Source of the DNA: Bacillota bacterium
Lineage (GTDB): Bacteria; Bacillota; JAAYKD01
Assembly (NCBI GenBank): GCA_963666425.2
Contig: OY762825.2
Location: 2,528,001 to 2,592,000 of the forward strand
Reading direction: 5' to 3'
DNA length: 64,000 bases
The notes beneath the pieces are model-generated. The model saw nothing but the letters and a program-made list of their open reading frames with translations. It made no database searches and had not been told where the DNA came from. Below are positions 11,121 through 18,860 of the stretch, one piece after another. The position numbers were made by a program, and so were the translations under genes. Each line of letters opens with the position of its first letter. The stretch's first letter is position 1.

Positions 11121-12569
11121 TTGAAAGAAAAAATCCTAGGATTGTTGGCTTTTCTAAAAGAAAAGCAAGTGGATTATGCCGATCTGCGTGTCAATGAGAT
11201 TTTACAGGAGAATATCCAAACCGAAAATCTGAAGGTGCAGAGCTTAAGCACCACCACATCCTATGGTTATGGTATCCGTGTTTTTGTGGATGGTTCGATG
11301 GGATTTGCCGCTTCGCAAGACTTTTCTCAAATGGAAGCGACTGCTTTGCAGGCACTGGCGATTGCCAAAGCCAGCCGTTTGGTGCAAAAAACTCCAATTA
11401 AACTGGCAGCAAAACCGGTCGTCGTGGATCATTACGAAACTCCAATTGAAATTGATCCGTTTACCGTAGCAAAACAGGAAAAATTGGAACTGCTGTTTAC
11501 GGCGGAAAAAGCCATGCGCCAGGCGGCTCCTACAATCTTCCGCACCCACGGTGCTTTGGGATTCCGCAAAGAATATAAGATTTTTGCCGATACCGAAGGA
11601 TCTTATATCAGCCAAACCTTGGTGGAATCTGGCGGCGGGATTGATGCGGTTGCGGTCGCCAAAGGCGAAATGCAGACACGCAGTTTTCCCAATTCAGCCA
11701 GAGGCAACTATGCGACGGCCGGTTATGAGTTTGTGCGTGATCTGCAATTGGTGGAAAACAGCGCCAGAGTGGCGCAGGAAGCGGTGGCTTTGCTGACAGC
11801 AGAAGAATGCCCTTCCGGTTATTTCGATTTGGTTATCGATCCCAGTCAGCTGACCCTGCAGATTCACGAATCGGTGGGACACCCGCTGGAGCTCGACCGT
11901 ATTTTAGGTTATGAAGCAGGATACGCCGGCACATCATTCATCAGTACGGATATGCTGGGTAAATTTCATTACGGCTCTCCCATGATCAATATCATTGGGG
12001 ATGCTACCTGCCCGGGCGGACTCGGGACGTTTGGTTATGATGATGACGGCATTGCCGCTCAGCGCATCCCGCTGATCACCAATGGCGTGGTTGAAAACGT
12101 GCTGACCAGCCGCGATACGGCGGCAGTAGCGCAGCTTTTGCCGAATGGTACCGCCAGAGCGGATGGTTGGGCCCGGATTCCTATCGTCCGCATGACCAAC
12201 ATCAGCTTGCTGCCCGGTGACTTTGAACTGGATGAACTGATCGGCGGTGTGCAATACGGTTTCTATCTGGATATTAATCAAAGCTGGTCGATTGATGACC
12301 GCCGCACAAATTTCCAATTTGCCACAGAAATCGCCTATGAAATTAAAGACGGTAAACTGACGGGCAAGATTTTCAAGAATCCGCTTTATACCGGTATCAC
12401 ACCTGAATTTTGGAACAGCTGCGACGGCGTGGCGAAGGCGAAATACTGGAAACTCTTTGGCACGCCAAACTGCGGCAAAGGCGAACCCGGGCAAGTGGCG
12501 CATGTGGGACACGGTTCCGCACCGGCCCGCTTCAGAAAGATAAAGGTAGGTGTGGCTGATGTTCAGTAA
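11121..12569 (+). CDS. tldD: TldD metalloprotease subunit
   Basis: HESVGHPLE (HExxxH), YDDDG, PIVRMTN, CGKGEP. Confidence 0.9.
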   Translation: MKEKILGLLAFLKEKQVDYADLRVNEILQENIQTENLKVQSLSTTTSYGYGIRVFVDGSMGFAASQDFSQMEATALQALAIAKASRLVQKTPIKLAAKPVVVDHYETPIEIDPFTVAKQEKLELLFTAEKAMRQAAPTIFRTHGALGFRKEYKIFADTEGSYISQTLVESGGGIDAVAVAKGEMQTRSFPNSARGNYATAGYEFVRDLQLVENSARVAQEAVALLTAEECPSGYFDLVIDPSQLTLQIHESVGHPLELDRILGYEAGYAGTSFISTDMLGKFHYGSPMINIIGDATCPGGLGTFGYDDDGIAAQRIPLITNGVVENVLTSRDTAAVAQLLPNGTARADGWARIPIVRMTNISLLPGDFELDELIGGVQYGFYLDINQSWSIDDRRTNFQFATEIAYEIKDGKLTGKIFKNPLYTGITPEFWNSCDGVAKAKYWKLFGTPNCGKGEPGQVAHVGHGSAPARFRKIKVGVADVQ

Positions 12570-13902
12570 ATCAGAATTGTATCAGATGATTGATTGGGCT
12601 GTTGCGGCAGCCGGACAGCATCCAATTCTTGTGCTCGCCAGCAGTTCAGCCGAAGGGCTCACCCGTTTTGCCAATTCAGAAATCCATCAGAATGTCTTTG
12701 AAGATGTGACCGATCTGCGGATCACAGTGATGGGAAAACAGAAAAAGAGTCAGGTTACCACCAATAAAATCACCCGGCAGGGGATCGAGCAGGCGGTAGC
12801 GGAAGCCATTGAAAATCTGAACTTATTACCGGAAGGGGAAGAGATTCCCGCTCTGGTGAACCAACCGGCTGTCATGGAAATGGAACGTTTCAATCAGGCG
12901 CTGGCGGATGAATTTTCTGCCGAACAAAGAGCGCTGCGTCTGGGAGAGCAATTGGATCAGATTCATCTGCCATATAAGGCTTACGGTCAGCTCTCCTATG
13001 GTGAAAGCGCATTGGCTCTGGGAAATTCAGCTGGGATTCGCCGCTATTTCAGAAGCAACAGCGCCAATTGCAGTGTGCTGATCTCACACGAAAATGGCGC
13101 TTCCGGTTATGCCAGCTCGGTCGCGACCCGAGGCGGTGAACTGGAATTGGCAGCCGCTTTCCGGCGTGCCGATCAAAAAGCACAGGCCAATCAAGCACCG
13201 ATTGACCTGGATATCGGTGCCTACACAGTAATTTTAGAACCCAATGCTGTTTTTGATCTGCTGATGTACACCACGCTTTTGGGATTCTCCGGTAAAAGTC
13301 TGCAGCAGAAAAGCAGTTTCTTAACGGATCGTTTGGGAGAAAAAATCTTTGACGAAAAACTCAGCATCAAAGATGATTGGGAAAACGAAAACGCCCTCGG
13401 AATCCCGTTTGATTTTGAAGGTTCTCCGCGGCAAAAACTAAACTTGATTGATCAAGGGATTGCCAGAGAAGTCGCCTACGATCTGGCCAGCGGCGCCAAA
13501 GCCGGTGTTGCCAGCACAGGACATTCTGCCGGGATGGATATGTTTGGAGCGATTCCCATCAATATCGTCGTCACTCCGGGTGAACAAACACTGCAGCAAA
13601 TCATCGCCGAAACCAAGCAGGGCTTACTGGTTACTCGTTTTCACTATATGAATCCGGTCAATCCGCGTCAAGCCCTGTTAACCGGACTGACACGGGACGG
13701 GTTTTATCAAATTGAAAACGGTGTGGTGACTGCCGCTGTGAACAACATGCGCATGACCGAAAGTATGCTGAAAGCGTTCAACCAAATTGAGGCAATCAGC
13801 AGCGACTGCGAGCGGCTTTCCGCTTTTGTCGGCAATGTTTATGTTCCGGCAATGAAGATCAATCAATTCCATTTCACCGGCAAGACCGGTGTGAAGAAAT
13901 AA
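12559..13902 (+). CDS. pmbA: TldE/PmbA family subunit
   Basis: TRFANSEIHQN, PFDFEG, TGLTRDG; overlaps the tldD stop. Confidence 0.85.
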   Translation: MFSKSELYQMIDWAVAAAGQHPILVLASSSAEGLTRFANSEIHQNVFEDVTDLRITVMGKQKKSQVTTNKITRQGIEQAVAEAIENLNLLPEGEEIPALVNQPAVMEMERFNQALADEFSAEQRALRLGEQLDQIHLPYKAYGQLSYGESALALGNSAGIRRYFRSNSANCSVLISHENGASGYASSVATRGGELELAAAFRRADQKAQANQAPIDLDIGAYTVILEPNAVFDLLMYTTLLGFSGKSLQQKSSFLTDRLGEKIFDEKLSIKDDWENENALGIPFDFEGSPRQKLNLIDQGIAREVAYDLASGAKAGVASTGHSAGMDMFGAIPINIVVTPGEQTLQQIIAETKQGLLVTRFHYMNPVNPRQALLTGLTRDGFYQIENGVVTAAVNNMRMTESMLKAFNQIEAISSDCERLSAFVGNVYVPAMKINQFHFTGKTGVKK

Positions 13903-13927
13903 CGATCGGATCGATCTCTTGCTCAAT

Positions 13928-13974
13928 GCGTCCGTACGAAAACCATGATTGTGGGTTTCGTGCGGACGTTTTTG
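13928..13974 (+). terminator. Intrinsic terminator after tldE
   Basis: CGTCCGTACGAAA...TTTCGTGCGGACG followed by TTTTT. Confidence 0.7.
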
Positions 13975-14075
13975 CTGTAGAAACAAGTTGAAGCTGCCGT
14001 TGGTTTTGAGTTCTGATGGCACACAGAGGAGCAATTAAAAAAGATTTCAGAAAATCGGATTTTAAAAGGTTAATC

Positions 14076-14104
14076 TTGACAAAACTGCCAATTGGATGTA
14101 TAAT
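14076..14104 (+). promoter_or_regulatory. Consensus sigma-A promoter upstream of the carD-like gene
   Basis: TTGACA (14076-14081), 17 bp spacer, TATAAT (14099-14104). Confidence 0.85.
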
Positions 14105-14201
14105 AAACCCATCAAGCGAACGAATCAGAGATAAAACAGACGGAATTTTCTTAAAATAGGTGCGAATCCGATCAACGGTACAAGAATAAAGCAATGAAAA
14201 C

Positions 14202-14260
14202 AACGTGCAGTTTGCTGAGCGGAACGTAAGTCCAGTTGTGGCAAACTGTACGTTTTTTTT
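14202..14260 (+). terminator. Terminator-like hairpin inside the carD leader
   Basis: ACGTGCAGTTTGC...GCAAACTGTACGT followed by a T run. Confidence 0.6.
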
Positions 14261-14363
14261 GCCTTGATGTTTGGTCTTAGGATTGCAGTGGTTTGGCGGA
14301 CATCAATCGGCTGAATCAAAACAAACCAAAGACCCTGTCTACCCTAGGGAAGGAGTAAGGAGT

Positions 14364-14891
14364 ATGATTATGCTAACAATCAATACCTATGTTGTCTACG
14401 GTACTAACGGTGTTTGCCAGATTACTGGGATTAAGAAAGAAAAGTTCGGTGGCAGTGAGAAAGAATATTATCTCTTGAAACCGATCAATACGGAAGGCTC
14501 GATTATTTATGTACCGCTGGATAATGTAATGCTCACTTCTAAAATTAAAAACCTCCTTAGTCTGGATGAGATTCATGAATTGATTAAACACATGCCGGAG
14601 GAACAAATAACCTGGATCGCGGATAGTAAGCTCCGCGGTGAGAAATATAAAGATATTTTTGGCCGCGGCGATCGCCGGGAACTTGTTTGCATGATGAAGT
14701 CCATTTATCGTCAGAAAAAAGACCGCACCCGGGAAGGCAAAAAACTGTGGTCCGGCGATGAAAAAGCCTTGAATATAGCGGAGAAAATTCTCTTTGATGA
14801 ATTTGCTATTGTTTTGAATATTACCCCGGAACAGGTGGCTCCGTTTATCTATCAGGAACTGCAAGCCAATGGTGATACAGATCAAACCTGA
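14364..14891 (+). CDS. CarD/TRCF-RID family transcriptional regulator
   Basis: YVVYGTNGVCQI..I, YYLLKP, IYVP, and C-terminal AEKILFDEFA.VL; AGGAG RBS. Confidence 0.85.
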   Translation: MIMLTINTYVVYGTNGVCQITGIKKEKFGGSEKEYYLLKPINTEGSIIYVPLDNVMLTSKIKNLLSLDEIHELIKHMPEEQITWIADSKLRGEKYKDIFGRGDRRELVCMMKSIYRQKKDRTREGKKLWSGDEKALNIAEKILFDEFAIVLNITPEQVAPFIYQELQANGDTDQT

Positions 14892-14954
14892 TTGCTGCCT
14901 GCAATCAAATAACGTGTGGGTCAGTCTGTAGGGAAACAGCAGGTTCAGAATGGG

Positions 14955-15640
14955 GTAGGGAACGGTCTTGACCGTTCCCTATAATTTACACATGGGACAT
15001 CAATTGTTTTCAGCACCAAGCGAGGGAATAATTATAGCCTAGCGCAATAGCAGGATGGCGCAAAGGTAGGGAACGGTCTTGACCGTTCCGCACGCAGCTT
15101 TTTACGATGATTGTGCAAGGAGTACGAACGCGCAAAGGTAGGGAACGGTCTTGACCGTTCCGCACGCAGCTTTTTACGATGAGTGTGCAAGGAATACGAA
15201 CGCGCAATGGTAGGGAACGGTCTTGACCGTTCCGCACGCAGCTTTTTACGATGAGTGTGCAAGGAGTACGAACGCACAATGGTAGGGAACGGTCTTGACC
15301 GTTCCGCACGCAGCTTTTTACGATGATTGTGCAAGGAATACGAACGCGCAAAGGTAGGGAACGGTCTTGACCGTTTCAAGTGTAACATGATTTAATTATC
15401 ATCGCAAAACGATGGTACGTAACGCTAGGACGGAGTCACGCGGAACGGTCTTGACCGTTCCGCTACGCAGCTTTTTACATAGTGATATCAACACCGCAAA
15501 ACGAGGATGCTACGCTGGGACATCAATTGTTTTCAGCACCAAGCGATGGAATAATTATAGCCTAGCGCAATAGCAGGATGGCGCAAAGGTAGGGAACGGT
15601 CTTGACCGTTCCGCACGTAGCTTTTACGAAGACTGTGCAA
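14955..15640. repeat. Cluster of GTAG-type REP-like palindromes (GTAGGGAACGGTCTTGACCGTTCC), including a 72-bp tandem array
   Basis: Copies at 14955, 15066, 15138, 15210, 15282, 15354, 15441 (lacks GTAG) and 15589. The central five are spaced exactly 72 bp apart. The block at about 14994-15108 is duplicated at about 15517-15630. Confidence 0.9.
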
Positions 15641-15732
15641 GTACAAAGGACGCTCATTAGTGTAGAGAAACGGTTTCTGGAGTTGGAGAAGCTTTTTCGT
15701 AGAGCAGTAAGGATTGCTTTGCAGAACAAATC

Positions 15733-15780
15733 AAAAAATCACGGCGGCAGTCTGGCATGCTGCCGTGATTTCTTATTTTT
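15733..15780. terminator. Probable bidirectional terminator between the repeat array and tgt
   Basis: AAAAAATCACGGCGGCA...TGCTGCCGTGATTTCTTATTTTT. Confidence 0.6.
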
Positions 15781-15960
15781 ACTGTTCATAAAGAAAGGAT
15801 CCTAAAAACACAAGGCTGCACAGGAGATTGACTCAAAGAGCAAGAAATAAGAGAGAAACCTAAAAGCGGCCGGTTTGGCAAGGCAGTTTCGCTCTGCTGA
15901 CGCCCTGCCGGAAAAAATTCTGTAAGCAACAAGCGGAAAAATAGAAAATGAGGAATGAAT

Positions 15961-17070
15961 ATGGAAAATAAACTCGTATTGCCGCATGGAACCGTAAGAT
16001 TGCCGGCATTTTTCCCGGACGGCACCTATGGTGTGGTGCGTTGCCTGGATATGGAGGATCTGGAACGCTGTCAGGTTCAGGGCATTGTAATGAACAGTTA
16101 TCATTTACTGACCAAACCCGGCTTGGCGACGATCAAAGCGGTGGGCGGGCTGCATGCTTTTACCGGTTGGCAGCATCCGATCCTGACAGACTCCGGTGGA
16201 TTTCAAGTTTTTTCATTAATACGTCAAAATCCTAAATTCGGTGAGATCAGAAAAAATGAAATTGTTTTCCGGCCGGATAATAGCAATGAGAAGATCGTTT
16301 TCACTCCGGAAAAATGTATTCAGGCACAGTTTACATATGGCTCGGATATCATGATGTGTCTGGACTACTGCACGCAACCGGATGACAGCGATGAAGTCAA
16401 CCAATTCTCAGTGGAAGTCACAGTAGCTTGGGCAAAGCGCTGTAAAGCGGAGTACCTTGTGCAGATGAAGGCGAGAAAGATCGATCCCGCTAAACGGCCG
16501 TTGCTTTTTGCGATTATCCAGGGCGGCGGCAACAAAACAATGCGCAAATGGTGCGCAGAACAGCTGAAAGAAATCGGTTTTGACGGTTATGGTTTTGGCG
16601 GTTGGCCGATGGACAAAGAGGGCAAGCTCATCGAGGATATCCTGCATTTTACAGCGGACTTAATGCCGGATGAGACGCCGAAATATGCGATGGGTCTGGG
16701 CAAACCGGAAGACATCGGCGCCTGTATCAAGATGGGTTATAATTTGTTTGATTGTGTGATTCCCACCAGAGAAGCCAGACATAATCGGCTGTATGTGTTT
16801 GACAGCGACAATGCCAGCGATGCAGCCAATTATCATTATCATTACATTATGGATGATACCCATTACCGCGATCCGCAGCCAATTTCAGAGCAGTGTGACT
16901 GCCTGACTTGCCGCCGTTATTCCAGAGCATATCTGAGACATTTATATAAAGTAGGCGACTCACTCGGTTTCCGCTTGGCGACCCTGCATAATGTGCGTTT
17001 CTATACCCAGCTGATGGAGAAATACCAAGCTGAGAATATACAGGCTGGGGACACTGATGAGAAGCGTTGA
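15961..17070 (+). CDS. tgt: tRNA-guanine transglycosylase (TGT) family protein, divergent base pocket
   Basis: NSYHL, LTDSGGFQVFSL, LDYC, IIQGG, FDCVIPTR, Zn motif CDCLTC...LHN. Confidence 0.88.
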   Translation: MENKLVLPHGTVRLPAFFPDGTYGVVRCLDMEDLERCQVQGIVMNSYHLLTKPGLATIKAVGGLHAFTGWQHPILTDSGGFQVFSLIRQNPKFGEIRKNEIVFRPDNSNEKIVFTPEKCIQAQFTYGSDIMMCLDYCTQPDDSDEVNQFSVEVTVAWAKRCKAEYLVQMKARKIDPAKRPLLFAIIQGGGNKTMRKWCAEQLKEIGFDGYGFGGWPMDKEGKLIEDILHFTADLMPDETPKYAMGLGKPEDIGACIKMGYNLFDCVIPTREARHNRLYVFDSDNASDAANYHYHYIMDDTHYRDPQPISEQCDCLTCRRYSRAYLRHLYKVGDSLGFRLATLHNVRFYTQLMEKYQAENIQAGDTDEKR

Positions 17071-17851
17071 GGAGATCGACTGCCTGATCCGCGCTGCCAA
17101 GAAATATACCGGCTTATCTCCTGAGCTGATCACACGAATTTGTCAGCAGGAATATCTCAAATATAAAAAAGAAAAAGATTTGCTCAAAGCGATTCGAAAA
17201 GAGATCCATATCATTTATGGATCTTATCTTAAGGAAGATGCAATTCCTGACTTGCGGCAGCTGCTTGTATCATGGCAGCCGGCTGACGGCTCGCCGGCGG
17301 AATTAGCCGACCAACTGCTGCAGTTGCATGCGTCTACGCGGGAACGCTTTCCGGAAATCAAAGAATTCTATGCGCATTTGAGCGGTTTTCTGCGGCAAGA
17401 GGATCGGGTGCTGGACTTAGGCTGCGGTTTAAATCCCTGTGCCATCTACTGGTTCCCGGCCAGACCATTGAGTTATTGCGCATATGATCTCAATCACGCG
17501 ACGGCGGAATTACTCAATCTTTTTTTCCAAAAATCCGGTCAGACAGACTACCTGGCAGGCGCAGCTGATTTAATCCAAACTACACCAGCAGCCGAAGCGG
17601 ATCTGGTTCTGATGCTCAAACTCTTTCCTGTTTTGGAACAGCAGAAAAAAGGCAGAGCGTTTGAACTGCTCTCGCAGCTACAGGCCAGCCGTTTTGTCGT
17701 TTCTTTTCCAACGCGCAGTTTGGGCGGGAAACGCAAAGGGATGGAAAAATTCTATAGCGAATTCTTCCTTAGCCGGTTGCCCAGCGAATTTTGCGTCGTC
17801 CGTTCTTTTCAAATCAGCAACGAACTTGTTTTTTTGCTGCAAAGAGTTTAA
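17057..17851 (+). CDS. ArmA/Rmt (FmrO)-family 16S rRNA m7G1405 aminoglycoside-resistance methyltransferase
   Basis: Family motifs LHASTRER, VLDLGCGLNP, LMLKLFPVLEQQ, VVSFPTRSLGG, NELVF; 264 aa. Confidence 0.9.
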   Translation: MRSVEEIDCLIRAAKKYTGLSPELITRICQQEYLKYKKEKDLLKAIRKEIHIIYGSYLKEDAIPDLRQLLVSWQPADGSPAELADQLLQLHASTRERFPEIKEFYAHLSGFLRQEDRVLDLGCGLNPCAIYWFPARPLSYCAYDLNHATAELLNLFFQKSGQTDYLAGAADLIQTTPAAEADLVLMLKLFPVLEQQKKGRAFELLSQLQASRFVVSFPTRSLGGKRKGMEKFYSEFFLSRLPSEFCVVRSFQISNELVFLLQRV

Positions 17852-17904
17852 TTTTACTGTTCCTGTCTCCATTCATCAATTTGCATGCAGAGGAAAGAGA
17901 AAAT

Positions 17905-18834
17905 ATGATCGACAACCGTGGAATATTGTATATTGTAGCGACACCGATCGGCAACCTGGCCGATTTTTCTCCCCGGGCTATTGAAATCTTAAAAAGTGTA
18001 GATTTAATCGCTGCCGAAGATACGCGAAATTCGAGTCATTTATTGCAGCACTTTGCTATCGAAACCAAGATGATTTCTTATCATAAATTCAATGAGCAGC
18101 AGAGGGCGGCGTCTTTACTGCTGCGTTTGCTGAACGGAGAGAATCTGGCGGTCATTTCGGATGCCGGCACACCCTGCATCAGCGATCCGGGCAGCCTGCT
18201 GATTCAAGAGGCGATCAAGGCACAGATCCAAGTGATCGGGATTCCGGGTGCCTGCGCCATGCTGACAGCGCTTTCCATCTGCGGCTTTAATCTGCAGGAA
18301 TTCTACTTCGGTGGTTTTCTGCCACGCAAGAAAACCCTGATCGAGCAGGAATTCCGCAAGCGGATCGCAACGCCGCAGTGCACCTGCGCTTGGTATGAAT
18401 CGCCGATGCGCCTGAAAGCAACTTTAGCAGTGCTTTGCCAGGCAGCCCCTCAGGCGGAGGTATGTCTCTGTAATGACCTTACCAAGAAATTCGAACGGAG
18501 TTATCATGGCACGGCGCCGGAAGTAGAAAAAGAAGTGATGAGCAATCCGGATTATCAAAAAGGTGAGTATGTTCTGGTTGTCAGCTTTGCCAAATTGTCT
18601 GCCGCAGTCAATGAGGCTGAAACAGGCGCAGAAACAATCTGTCATGAAGCGAAACTGGTACAGATCATGCAGCAGCAAAACTGCTCTCTGCGAGAGGCGA
18701 TGCGAGTTTTTTATCAGATGAATCACGGCAAACTCGGTAAAAAGGAAATTTACCAAGCCGGCTTGCACTTGAAGCAATTATGCCTCGGTGGTGATGCGGA
18801 AGCGGAAATACAAGAAGAATCGGATTGTCTTTGA
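17905..18834 (+). CDS. rsmI: 16S rRNA (cytidine-1402-2'-O)-methyltransferase RsmI
   Basis: LYIVATPIGNL.D, AAEDTR, ISDAGTPCISDPG, IPGACA, GFLP, YESP.R, LTKKFE, KGEYVLV. Confidence 0.93.
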   Translation: MIDNRGILYIVATPIGNLADFSPRAIEILKSVDLIAAEDTRNSSHLLQHFAIETKMISYHKFNEQQRAASLLLRLLNGENLAVISDAGTPCISDPGSLLIQEAIKAQIQVIGIPGACAMLTALSICGFNLQEFYFGGFLPRKKTLIEQEFRKRIATPQCTCAWYESPMRLKATLAVLCQAAPQAEVCLCNDLTKKFERSYHGTAPEVEKEVMSNPDYQKGEYVLVVSFAKLSAAVNEAETGAETICHEAKLVQIMQQQNCSLREAMRVFYQMNHGKLGKKEIYQAGLHLKQLCLGGDAEAEIQEESDCL

Positions 18835-18860
18835 ACAAAATGAACAGATATAATAAGGAA

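Noticed and set aside
15066..15378. CRISPR array or TIGR-like guide array
   Set aside because: The linkers between palindromes are near-identical rather than unique spacers, and no cas or Nop-domain gene is in the window.
15010..15388. Repetitive minus-strand ORFs of 113 and 118 aa
   Set aside because: By-products of a 72-bp (multiple of three) repeat; no convincing RBS.
15800..15955. preQ1 riboswitch upstream of tgt
   Set aside because: No preQ1-I stem-loop with an A-rich tail could be identified.
15961..17070. DpdA-type DNA deazaguanine modification system
   Set aside because: The protein looks like a bacterial tRNA TGT with a Zn site, and no dpdB-K or que genes are nearby.
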